Of a DNA stretch of 64,000 nucleotides, positions 25,284 through 39,212 are shown in pieces. This DNA is from Heptranchias perlo (lineage: Eukaryota), in the NCBI RefSeq assembly GCF_035084215.1, contig NC_090364.1, positions 8,370,001 through 8,434,000 of the forward strand, written 5' to 3'. The translations under genes and the position numbers were made by a program. Below the pieces are notes generated by a model. That model was not told the origin of the DNA and searched no databases. It saw nothing but the letters and a program-made list of their open reading frames with translations. Within the stretch, counting starts at the first letter, position 1. Each line of letters begins with the position of its first letter.

Positions 25284-27214
25284 TGTATCTTTTCTATAGT
25301 TCTAAAATTGGGTTTGAATTAAATCAGTGCACACCGGCCCAATTATCCTTCACCTGAAGACTCTGGGTTATCAAGATTGACCAATACATTAGAAGGGAAA
25401 TGTGCATACTCAATTTTTATAGACTAATTCAGATTATGCTTCTTACATCAATTTAATATTGAAAATACCAGTACAATAACATGAATTCCCTTTCTAAAGA
25501 GCCGACAGCTGTAGTTACAGGCTTCAATATGGCTCCACTGTATCTTACCACCACACTTTTTGTAATGATTAAATATATTTAAACATTCATTTTACTTACC
25601 ATTGAGGCCTCCAAGGTAGGTGGTGCTGTTCACAGTACCACCCACTTGTAGCTCCTACCACTAGCCCCTCATGCCCCACTACAATCCACCGCTGTATCTC
25701 ACACTTACAAAACTCAGCCACTAGGACTCCCCCACGCAGCTGGCAAAAGACTTGTTCTTGGCAGTCACTGGGAATCAGCTTCCAAGTTCTGAAGCTCTTT
25801 TGAAATCAAGTGTTGAAAAAGCCTCTGCTTGGGTTTGTTCCCAAATTAATTATAGATTCTTTGAATGGGGGGGGGGGGGGGGGGGGAAGTCAACAAATGA
25901 GGTTTAGGCCTAGGCAGACAATGGGAGTGATGACTATTCTTTAACTAGTGAGCCATTAAGGGACTGGAGCAAATGGCAATAGCCAGACATTAACCTTCCT
26001 TCAGAAGGCATGAATTTGTTCAACTTAAAAGCAGATGTTTAGAAGATGGAAGGAGCCCCACAATGTAAATCACAGCTAGGGCTGCAAGTTTTAGTCCTAA
26101 CAAAGGCATCCAAACATCTCCATATGAAACATCTTAGCTTGAAGATCCACTAAGATATCAACTACTTCATCCAGAAGTCCTGTTGCTTATTGGGTCTAAA
26201 ACATTGTTCTAAAAATACATTATCCCCTTGTGGATTGATTTGTTTTCATTATGTTTAAGTATGCATCCTTGCATATCTTAATCCTTGAGCTTCTATGTAT
26301 TATTTAACTTTTAATTAAATCAGATTTAAATGAAGTTTAGCCTGATAGTTATTTTCCATCTTTCAGAAGTGATAGGATACTGCAATTGGTATCCCATATA
26401 TATATTTCCCCCACAAGCAATATTCTGCTGTTAGGGACTAATACTTAAACATGTTATCCTACATACTCTAATATGTGGTGAAATCTCTAATAGTCATCCA
26501 ACTGCAACTAGAGGACGAGCACAAACCACCACCCCAACAGTGAATTAAATCCAACCATCTCATTCTCCGTAACTATGAAAGTAGCAGCTGGATAATGCAA
26601 TAAAGTGACTTCAGTTAAATATGTTTGAGGCAAGTGACTAGAAACCCCCACTTACTTCTCTAGGGGTTATAGTCCACCCAAGTAGTCCCTTCCTTAAATG
26701 GCCATTATTCACTTCAAGCTTCTGCTAGGTTTCAAAACAGATACAACATGCATTCTATGGGAAGCAGACACAATGAGGGTGGTTTGTTCTGGTGCAAATT
26801 GAATTGTACACAAGTCAAAAATCATGAAATGGTAATTGGTTGCTCATTCGCATGTCATGAAAACCCCTAAACAGTGCTATTGTCACTCATGAAAAAGGTA
26901 CAATCAAAAAGGCCTTTAAAGTGGGACGCCTCTACAAGTTGCACTTCTGGTAAGGAAAGCAGCTACATGAGCAAGCTTCAAACTCAACTTATCCACATGC
27001 AACAACTTTCAGGATCACAAGAACCACCCATTTTTAAAAGAGACCAGTTGGTGGTCAATAAAAACTTGTATTGAAAAATAGAGTCATTACCCCTTAGTGG
27101 ACCTATTTTGATTTTTCAATCTATTATTTCATTTGTGAATGAATCTAAACAAGCCATTTTAGCCTGCTTGCACTGGTCCAGCCTACAAGCCAACAACCCT
27201 TTCCACTGCATCAG

Positions 27215-27374
27215 AGGCTCATTTATGGTATTTACCTTAGCCAAGAATAGTCAGCTCAGATGTGGGAAAGTGAGCCTCAGCTTCTCACTTGGTCATCTTT
27301 CATGAAAGATGAGGCTCACTTTCCCACATCTGAGCTGACTATTCTTGGCTAAGGTAAATACCATAAATGAGCCT
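27215..27374. repeat. Perfect inverted repeat with 65-bp arms (27215-27279 / 27310-27374)
   Basis: Arm AGGCTCATTTATGGTATTTACCTTAGCCAAGAATAGTCAGCTCAGATGTGGGAAAGTGAGCCTCA is followed by its exact reverse complement. An inner 20-bp palindrome TCATCTTTCA|TGAAAGATGA lies at 27293-27312. Confidence 0.95.
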
Positions 27375-27463
27375 TCAGACCTGAACAATGATGATATCCA
27401 ATTCAGTCAAGTGCACACTGGTCTCTACAATCCAGTCAGATGAAGTCAGGCAGTGCAATACTT

Positions 27464-27469
27464 TTTATT
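27464..27469 (-). terminator. Ferritin A poly(A) signal AATAAA
   Basis: tttatt on the + strand, about 125 nt past the stop codon. Confidence 0.7.
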
Positions 27470-27594
27470 TCAAGTAGTTACTTTACAAGACTCTGCCATA
27501 AGCCCATTTGTATGTTTTCTTTAACTAAAGAACACATTTCACAAATGAAATATTCATGATAGCTGTGATAGATATCATTTGAAATATTGTCTCA

Positions 27595-30525
<2,931 letters not shown>

Positions 30526-30614
30526 CCTGTAGATCTTCTTTCTTACAGTCACACAAGGAACCTCAGATTAATAAAACAGCAGAGTCAATAATCTAAACCT
30601 TAGCACCAAAAGAC

Positions 30615-30880
30615 CTGAATTTATACTAATGAAAATAAACCCATTTTTCACATTCAAGGAAATGACATCATCAATGATGACTGCCCAGCCTTGTTGACCA
30701 ATCAAACAGTTGCCATGCCCAAAGAGTCCAATCATCACAGAATGGGGGTTCGGGAATCAGAGCCAATCGGAGTTTTAAAGAAGAGGCCGATTTGAATGGC
30801 AGTTTAATGATGACATCATTGCAGATTGATTCCTTGACCTCGCTCAAAAGTGAAAACTCTGAAAGTGTCTCTTTCTTTAA
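30615..30880 (-). promoter_or_regulatory. Ferritin A proximal promoter
   Basis: TATAAAT (- strand) at 30619-30625, about 95 nt upstream of the ATG. Three CCAAT boxes (about 30698, 30728, 30763) and TGACATCA motifs (about 30663, 30811). The block is conserved in copy B. Confidence 0.7.
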
Positions 30881-31296
30881 TGGTGAGAATGACATTTCAG
30901 AGGAGGTTTTAATTCAGACAAACTTCACGCCAACCCAGAAAGTTACATTAGTTTGTCACTTTAAAATGGCAGTGATCTTTGCCCGATATTTAACCTGATT
31001 AAGCAGCCTTTAGTGTTTCAGCAACACAACAGATTTATATCCGTAACAGGGTGACACGTCCATTTGCACCTGCTTCAACTATGCAATGAAAGGCGACCAT
31101 TCAGCCCATCGTGTCTATGCTGGCTCTTTTCTAGAGCGATTCAAAACTAATTTAACTGCCCTGCTCTGCCCCCGTAGTCCTGTTTTTTTCTCTGATTCAA
31201 ATATGTATCAAGTTTTCCTTTAAAAGTTGCAACAAGCAATTCCTGCAGCAAAGCATTCGATGCAGATTCATCAGCTATTTGAATCCAAGGTGTGTT

Positions 31297-33450
31297 GCAC
31301 TCTGCGCGCTTTCAGGTTCGGGTCGCATTTCGTCGCCCGGATCCGACTTCTGTACGCCGCCGCGGAGTGTCTGATTAAGGTTAACGGATCCTTGACGGAG
31401 CCCCTTCGCTTCGGGAGAGGAGTGCGTCAGGGATGCCCCATGTCCGGCCAATTATACGCCGTCTGCGTGGAGCCTTTCCTGCGCATCTTGCGGAAGAGGT
31501 TGTCGGGACTGGCTCTGCGCGAGCCGGACGTGGAGGTCGTCCTTTCGGCTTACGCCGACGACGTGCTCCTCGTGGTCACGGATCCCGTTGACTTGCGGAG
31601 GATGCGCGAGTGCCAAGAGGTCTACTCTGCCGCGTCCTCCGCAAGGATCAACTGGGAGAAATGTTCCGGACTCCTGGTGGGTCAGTGGCGGGCGGACTCT
31701 CTGTCGGAGGAGCTACGGCCTTTCGCCTGGAGTACCACGCACCTCCGGTACCTGGGAGTCTACCTCGGCCCTGCCTGGCCGGCGAACTGGCAAGAGCTGG
31801 AGGCCAAAGTCACTGCTCGCCTGGCGCGTTGGACAGGACTGCTCCGAGTGTTATCCTGCAGGGGTCGAGTGCTGGTCATAAACCAGCTGGTGGCCGCCAT
31901 GTTGTGGTACTGGTTGGTCACTTTGATCCCTCCCCCTGAGTTTGTCACCAAGATTCAGAAGAAGCTCATCGACTTCTTCTGGGCCAAAGGGATACACTGG
32001 GTCACTGCCGTGGTCCTGAGTCTCCCGCTTAGGGAGGGCGGTCAGGGGCTGGTGTGCGTCCGCACCCAGGTGGCGACTTTCCGCCTTCGGACGCTGCGGC
32101 GATACCTGTACGTTGAGGATCCTCTTAGATGGCGTGCGTTGGCGACGGATTTCTTCCGCCGGCTGCACGGCCTGAACTACGACACGCAGCTCCTGTTCAT
32201 CTCGTTGCCGGGCGGCTGCACGTCTTTGCCTGTCTTTTTCCAGGATCTGATCAGGGTCTGGAACATGGTCGCCTCCAGTCGGTGCTCTCGCCCGTCGGGG
32301 GTAGCGGCCGTCCTGCAGGAGCCGCTGCTCGGGAATCCGTTCCTCCGCGGTGTCGGCTTCGGCCGCTCGCGGCTGATGGAGCGGATGGTCCTGGCCGGTC
32401 GGGTGACCAGAGTCAGGGACGTCCTGGATGGCGGAGGGTCGGGTTGGCTCGAGCCGTGGGCGCTCGCCGCACAGATGTCCTTGTGGCGTGTCGGGGACGC
32501 GGCCGCCGCCATCCGGGCGTTGAAATCGGCGCTCGGCCCTGACTCCACTCGGGGTGTGGAGGCTGCTCAAGCGTGCGGAGCCATCCCGTCCGATCTGACT
32601 CCCGTTCGGACGGAATTCCTCCTCGCGCCAGGCCCCGAAGCGTCCCTCGGGGGGCCGCGCCTCACAACTTGAGCCGTCTCTCGGAAATTCCCTCCGTGCC
32701 ATTTCACTCCGCGCGGAGGGATTTCCTGTACGGGCTGCTCCTGCACACTCTCCACTTCCTCTCCCTCGTCTCTCGCCCGGACACGCCCTGGCGTACCATC
32801 CTGGCGTCCGGCGGAGGCGGGGGTCCCCAGTGGAGGGCTCTCTACTCGGGGATCCTCCCGTGTTACATCGGGGATCTGGGGTGGAGAGTGTTGCACGGAG
32901 CAGTCGCGTCCAATAGGCGTTTACGCCACTTCACGGACTCCCAGGCTGCCTGCGATTTCTGCGGCCTGGACGAGTCCGCGTTTCATTTGTTCACCGGGTG
33001 TGGGAGGCTGCGGCCCCCGTTTGACTATTTAAGGGGGCTGCTCCTCAAGTTCTGGCTGCACTTCAGTCCCACGCTCCTGATCTTTGGCCGCCCGGCGAGG
33101 AGGGGGGGGCGGGCAGGTCGGTGGACATCGTTGTGGGCCTGCTCCTGGGCCTGTCCAAGGTGGCCATCCACAGGTCCGGGTTAGACGCGGCCCGTGGGGG
33201 CGGTCGCTCAGACTGTCTGCCTCTCTTCCGCGGAATTCTCCGTGCCCGGGTGGCCCTGGAGATGGAGCACGCGGTGTCTGCCGGAACGCTGGAGGCTTTC
33301 CGCGACCGGTGGGCACCGCAGGGGCTGGAGTGCATCCTGGACAGAAATAATAAAATTTTAATGACGCTTATTTTGTTTTTTTTTGGTTTCTGCACATAAA
33401 CACACCTTCTTATAAAAGAGGGGGGGACACCTAAAACACACAAAAAAAAA
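31297..33450 (+). mobile_element. 5'-truncated Tx1-clade non-LTR retrotransposon (RT, zinc knuckle, 3' UTR)
   Basis: ORF2 motifs GVRQGCP.SG.LY, YADD, SSARINWEK, YLGVYL and LPLREGGQGL, plus a C-terminal CDFC....AFHLFTGC. Frameshifts near 32630 and 33110. GC/CpG-rich, with an A-rich 3' end. Confidence 0.92.
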
Positions 33451-34199
33451 CCTGACTGTGGAAAAAAAAACCTGGCTGCAAAAAAACGATGTGTTTGCAG
33501 CCTCTCCCTATGCTGGGGCCCTGTGTGTGATGTGCAGTGAACCAGCCATCTGTCTGCCCCTCAGATTCTGCCAATTGTGTATTGTTCTAAAGTCAGGGCA
33601 ACTCCTCTGACTCTAACCCAAATGAACTATGGTGTGATACAGACAGGTTCACTCCCAGTATAACGAGCAGATTTAAGGCCCAATCCTCAAGCAGTGGCAG
33701 AGATGGCTTTGTTGATGCACTAACAGTAATTTTACATCAGCACAGGCAGACTGAGGAACAAGAGTCAACTGACAAATATTGGGGTTATTTACATTTAGTT
33801 CTTCTACCTGTGTTGGGGGGTAGCTTTAAGACTAGGTCATAGTTGGTGCGCTGTTTAAAATGTGGCCAAAAAAACCAAGAATATATTAGTAACTTTTCTG
33901 CATCTGTGTAAATAGCTGGAACGTTCTCATGTATTGCTGCCACATTACACTGTATCCACACACTGTTTGCAGAAACTAAGATTTGTTTACAATGATGTCA
34001 AGCACTATTGGTGTCTCAGTTAAATGAGGAATATTTCCTTCAATATGTCCAGTAACATATTGAAGGAAAAAGGCAGATGTAAGGAATAGAGTCCAGAGCA
34101 GCAGTGGGTAAAAGTATTGTCTCCTTGTTGGGGGACATGTGTCCTTTAGCACCCGATATAAATGGTTAATGTCCATAATGGTGAGACTGGCCCATAAGT

Positions 34200-34440
34200 A
34201 CATATGAAAATGACAGCCAGAAAAAGACCAACTGGTCTATCTAGCCTGTTCCATACAGTTGCGATGCCTAACACCTCATGATGCAGACACTCCCTACCCA
34301 CCCAGGGCCATCTGATGTCCTGGGAGAGGTGAAAAACTAAATAAAAACCCAGGCCAATTAGGGGGAAAAAAAAATCTGGAAAATTCCTCTCTGGCCTCTT
34401 TAGGTAATTGAAATTAGGCCAGGGGACCACATTGACTTAT
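34200..34440 (-). mobile_element. 3' end of an ancient CR1-like element
   Basis: Resembles the reverse of CR1 3' UTRs (aaagaccaactggtctatctagcctg...ccaggccaatt...ggaaaattcct). Confidence 0.4.
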
Positions 34441-34679
34441 TTATAGGATAGCTACCTCTCGTGAGGTGATCTCCACACAGGCAGGAGATGGAGAGCTAAG
34501 TCCATGTGTGATGTTGACCATTCTTACCTGAGGCAAGAAACTAAAGAGTGGGCAATTTCATCCCAGATTTGACTTTTTTTTTTTACTTCCAGCGAAAGGC
34601 CCTGCACAGAACCCTGAACTTACCACTTTTTCCCTATTCATCACACAAACAGCTGTGTTGCTTATAGCAATAATGGGAT

Positions 34680-34890
34680 TTTTAAAAATTCTCAGGATGT
34701 GGGTGTCAAGGCTGGCATTTATTGCCTATCCCTAATTGCCCTTGAGCAGGGGGTGGGACTCTTCCTTGAACCACTGCAGTCCACCTGGTGAAGGTTCTCC
34801 CACAGTGCTGTTAGGTAGGGTGTTCCAGGATTTTGACCTAGCGACGATGAGTCCAAGTCAGGATGGTGTGTGACTTGGAATGGAACTTGG
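34680..34890 (-). mobile_element. CR1/T1-like LINE 3' end
   Basis: Reverse complement of about 9840-10065. Confidence 0.8.
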
Positions 34891-35643
34891 GTCAGGTCAT
34901 GTCACGCTGAACACATCTCACTCATTTTGGCTCTAAGTTGTTATTTACTCCTAGGCATCTGATATAAAACAACCAGTCAAAACAATATATAAGAGTACAT
35001 GTTCAGTATATGAAAAGGTATATGAAAATGGCATTCACAATGGGGTTTGTTTCCAGAACTGGAACAGATGGTGCTCTGATTCTTGCTTTCCCCACCCATT
35101 AGCTACTTTAAGAGACATTCTTGCACTACAGCAACCAAATGAGGACACATTTCAGTATAAGGTCAGCTGGGGTGTGGGAAAACACTTGCTTTCTTCAGCT
35201 GAATTTGTAACCGCCAAAATGCCACAAAGCATTTCAGGTTAGTGTAGAATAGAAATTCTTGTTCAATATTTTCCCCTCTGCCCTAGCCTACATTTCCACC
35301 ATAGGACTCAAACCTCACCACATGGCAATTCCTGTGAAAGACAGATGGCTATTGGACCACATGGGTCATCACATGTCAAACAGAGGCACAGTAGAAGTCA
35401 TTGGCCAGTGTCTAGAAAGCTTGACCAACTCCATTCTCCCCCTATCTGAAGGACATGGAGAGCCATTGGCAAATTCCCACTACCCAACATAGCCTAGTCA
35501 CTGTTGTAACATGTTGATTGAAGTTACTAGCTTCTAGCTAAAGCAAGATTCTACCTTGAGCCCCAAACAGCCAAACTAAGCAAATGTCAAATGGTCTGAA
35601 TGATAACCAAGTCTATAAATCTGGTCAACAAATAGGAAAGATC

Positions 35644-35649
35644 TTTATT
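35644..35649 (-). terminator. Ferritin B candidate poly(A) signal AATAAA
   Basis: tttatt on the + strand, about 185 nt past the stop codon. Confidence 0.55.
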
Positions 35650-35834
35650 TTGAGTAATTCATGACAGCAGATGTTCTTACAGGAATCTGGTACATCAATT
35701 CCCAGATACAAGTTTTCCTTTTCATACCAGAAAGCTAAATTGTCCAGATGGACCCAGAAATGCACACAGTACAGGCAAAGTAGTCTACAGTCAAATAATT
35801 ACACAATACTTGACATCTCATTAGCTACTCTTCT

Positions 35835-38657
35835 TTAGAGAGAGAGCTTGTCAAACAGGTACTCTCCAATGCCCTTCTTAGAAGCTTCCAGATACTTCAG
35901 GTTGGTGATGTGGTCCCCAAGTTGCTTGATGGCCTGGACTTGCTTATGCAAGTAGTGAGTCTCCAGAAAGTCACACAGCTAGATTTAAAAAGAAAAAAAG
36001 TGTAACTACGTGTGCAGTTTAACAGTTGTAAGAAGGGGCCTCAAGATGCCCAAAATAATATGAACAAATCTGCAGCCAATTTTCTTCACACTTCTGCTTC
36101 TAGAAGGGTGATTGCTTCCAGAAAATGGTTTGGTGGCCTATTGCACTATGTCAGGTTAAGGTATCCCAATCAAAGCATCTTTTATCCAGATACTGAACAC
36201 TAGATTTTAGCCAATTGCTAAGCAATGTGTAAGGTTGTTCAGCTTGGATCTATGTCTACACTAGATTGTCCTGATCAAGGACATGTGCTGCTGGGTTGGT
36301 CATTGAAATGATCAACTAAAGAATTAAATAGGACAAAAAATAAATCTACTAGTGAACAGAATTACGGTGAAACAAAGCTTACGTGAGGATCAGTCCTGAT
36401 GGAGGCACGTTGGTGTAGATCCAGTAGACTCTGGTTCACATTCTTCTCCAGCTCTATGGAGACCTGCATTGCCTGCAGGCCATCACTCTGCTGATCTCTC
36501 TTTGGTTTCTAAATGGAAAGAGGCACAGTTATGCTGTTTGATGTTTAAACAATCAGAACTACTTTCATAGTGTCCATTTGTACCCTCACTGAAGAGAAGT
36601 TGGGGGGAGCCATATTAAAACTTTTCCTAATTTTGTGCAGGGTTACAGGACTAATCTGTGCACAAAAGTCAAAAACACCTTGTATTTCAGGGTGTATCAT
36701 CTCTCCTCCAGCTCAGCCCACACAGCAAGATTGAGGCAGTTTTATGTAGAGTCAACGAGTAGTGACAATGGACAGGTGAAGCCAAGTAAAAACTCCTTTC
36801 TCTCCCTTCAAGTCTGAAGAATATATCAAGGTTGAAACCGCATCATAAAAGCAGCCGTTTTGTACAGGGCCGTTTCTCAATTCCAACCTTCATATCCTGT
36901 AGGAGGATGCAGCCTCCATGCTGATTCTGGAATTGAATCAGCTTCTTGGCACGTTCCCGCTTCTGGTGGAACTGATGTTTGAAGAACCTGGAGAAGTTGC
37001 CGAGGGAGACATCGTCCCGGTCAAAGCACAAATACTCAAAAGAGCAATTCAAATCCCATTAACACGCCGGCCCCAGCAAGTCAGAGGACTGCCTCGTGGG
37101 TCTGCTCTTGGGCCTGGCCAAGGTGGTCAACCACAGGTCCAGGTTGGACACAGCATGGGGGCTGCCTGGCTCTCTGCCATGGCCTTGTCTGCGCTCAGGT
37201 AGCCCTGGAGAAGGAGCAAACTGTGTCCTTCAGTATGTTTGAGGCCTTCCTGACCAGTGGGGCTGGAGTGCTCGGTCAATACAAGAAATATTTCATTTAA
37301 TAAGTTTCCTTTGTATAATTTGGGTGATTAGTAGTGCCTCTTTTTTTTAAAAAAAAGCACAAAGATTTTTTTTTTTAACATTGTGGACACTGGGGCAACC
37401 CAGTGTGTCCTTATGGGAGAACAAAGGCACAGCAGCCCCAGCTCCAGTCCTCAAAGCAAGAACCCAATACCTCTTCCAGCCTTCTAATTAAACCAAATAT
37501 TCAATATGAAGTTAAATTCTTTCCTGACCTCCCTCAGGTGTTTTGTATGGTCAGTCTATATGCAAGATGTCCTGATGCCTTCTGTTCCCAATTGTGACAA
37601 TTAGCCAGTTAGATGACGTGGAACAAATTACCATCCAACTCTAGGTTGGCCACCAAAAAATATTTCAAGAAATTGCAGCTTTCTGGTTAAAGAAATGATT
37701 CCCATCTCAGTCTGAAGTAGTCACATTCCTGGGTGTTCAGATGTTTTGTGCAGTCTTAAAGCTTGCACATCTCAATTAAACACTAAATTAGTTGAAACAG
37801 TAATTAGAATCCAATTCTGACCACTAATAACATTTGGAAAAAAAGAATTGGCAGCTTTATAGACACCATGAAAGTGGAAATTTTAAAAAGTCACTTCTCA
37901 ATGCAATAGCCTGCCACAAAAATGCAAGACCTCCAATTGTACTACAGTTAGGATCTTTCAGGGTTGGGCTACAGTTCACCAGGGAGATTGTACCAATTCA
38001 GTCCAAGGTTGGTAGTGTCAGACACCTTCTAAATTGAACAGGAAAGACAGTGGTGTAGTGGTTATGTTACTGGACTAGTAACCAAGAGGTCAAGTCTCAG
38101 GCAGTTTGAGAATTTAAATTCAGTTTTAAAACAAGTCTGGAAATAAAGAGCCAGCAACAAGGAAAAGATGATCATGAAGCTGTTGAATATTTGTTTAAAA
38201 CCTAATTGGTTCACTAATGACACCTGCTGTCCTCACTGGTATGGGCCAATATGTGACTCCAGTCCCACACTAATATGATTGATTCTTAACTGCCATCTGA
38301 AGTGATCTAGAAAACCACTCTGTTGTGGCACTAGGGCAGTAAATGCCAACCACATCCATAGAATGAATAGTAAAAAGAAACTAAACTCAACTTGCAAGAA
38401 GGACCCTCTTGCTCTGTATAGCCCACCTGTTAATACTGGCCACCGCTATCACAGTGAGGGCCCACAAACAGCAATGAGATTATGGGATGGGAGAAAAGAG
38501 AGGGGGCATTTACTTCAACATAATAGAAGTTAGTTTTAAACCACAGATAGAAAAGACTCACCACAGAAAGATCAGAGGCAGAAAACCCCATGCAGATCTG
38601 TTTGTTGACAGCAGTCTCACAATCCTGGTGGCAGTTTTGACAGATCTGGGACTCCAT
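35835..38657 (-). CDS. Divergent ferritin subunit, copy B, 170 aa (intact frame; may be an incipient pseudogene); complement(join(35835..35978,36383..36508,36888..37034,38562..38657))
   Basis: Translation: [32 protein letters not shown]|[49 protein letters not shown]|[42 protein letters not shown]|[47 protein letters not shown]. It has a 6-nt in-frame deletion in exon 1, a weak GAG acceptor at exon 2, and a CT slippage that gives a stop 4 codons early. Confidence 0.8.
37080..37360 (+). mobile_element. Decayed Tx1 3' fragment in ferritin B intron 1
   Basis: gtgggtctgctcttgggcctggccaaggtgg...gccctggagaaggagca...ggggctggagtgc aligns to 33132-33335. It interrupts intron sequence that is contiguous in copy A (29180-29280). 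Confidence 0.75.
38045..38375 (+). mobile_element. tRNA-derived SINE with a CR1/T1-like tail, in ferritin B intron 1
   Basis: A-box-like head cagtggtgtagtggttatgttactggactagtaa. Tail gggcagtaaatgcc..ccacatcc..gaatgaat.aaaaa resembles 10010-10070. Confidence 0.7.
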
Positions 38658-38751
38658 TTTTTTGAATGTGACTTTTTTTTCTAACTTGCACCCAAAAAAA
38701 CCACAAACCTCAAATTTATGATTAGCACCAAATTCAAAACAGCAAAGGACT

Positions 38752-39212
38752 TGAATTTATACTCTGGGGACACAACCCCATTTTATTAACCAGGAAATGA
38801 CATCACCAACGATGACTGACAATTCTTGTTAATCAATTGAACAGCTGCCATGTCTGAGGATTCCAATCGGCACAGGATGGGATTTAGGACCCAGGGCGAA
38901 CCAGAATGTTAAAGGTACTCGAGTGCATCCTGGACCAAAATAATAACATTTTAATTTGACACTTTTTTTAGTTTTTCCTGTACATAAACACACCCTAAAC
39001 CCCACCTTCTTATAAAAGGGGGGCCTAAAACACACAAAAAAAGATCTGATTGTGTCATTTCAAGCCCCGTGTTCTTGAAGTAATTGTGGAAGTGTCTTAA
39101 AGAATGAACGTTAAAGCTGAGGCAGCTTTGGATGACAGCTCACCGATGACATCATTGCTGATTTGACCTTCGACCTCTCTCAAAAGTGAAAACTCTGAGA
39201 GTGTCTCTTTCT
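38752..39212 (-). promoter_or_regulatory. Ferritin B proximal promoter, split by a Tx1 insertion
   Basis: TATAAAT at about 38755-38761. Segments 38775-38914 and 39106-39212 align collinearly with 30640-30780 and 30770-30876. Confidence 0.65.
38915..39105 (+). mobile_element. Short Tx1 3'-end insertion with an 11-bp target-site duplication
   Basis: gagtgcatcctggac..aaataataa.atttta...acataaacacacc..ttcttataaaag.gggg..cctaaaacacacaaaaaaa matches 33328-33450. Flanked by GAATGTTAAAG (38904-38914) and GAACGTTAAAG (39106-39116). Confidence 0.85.

Noticed and set aside
31588-33443. Many overlapping ORFs on both strands
   Set aside because: They are shadow frames of GC-rich Tx1 ORF2.
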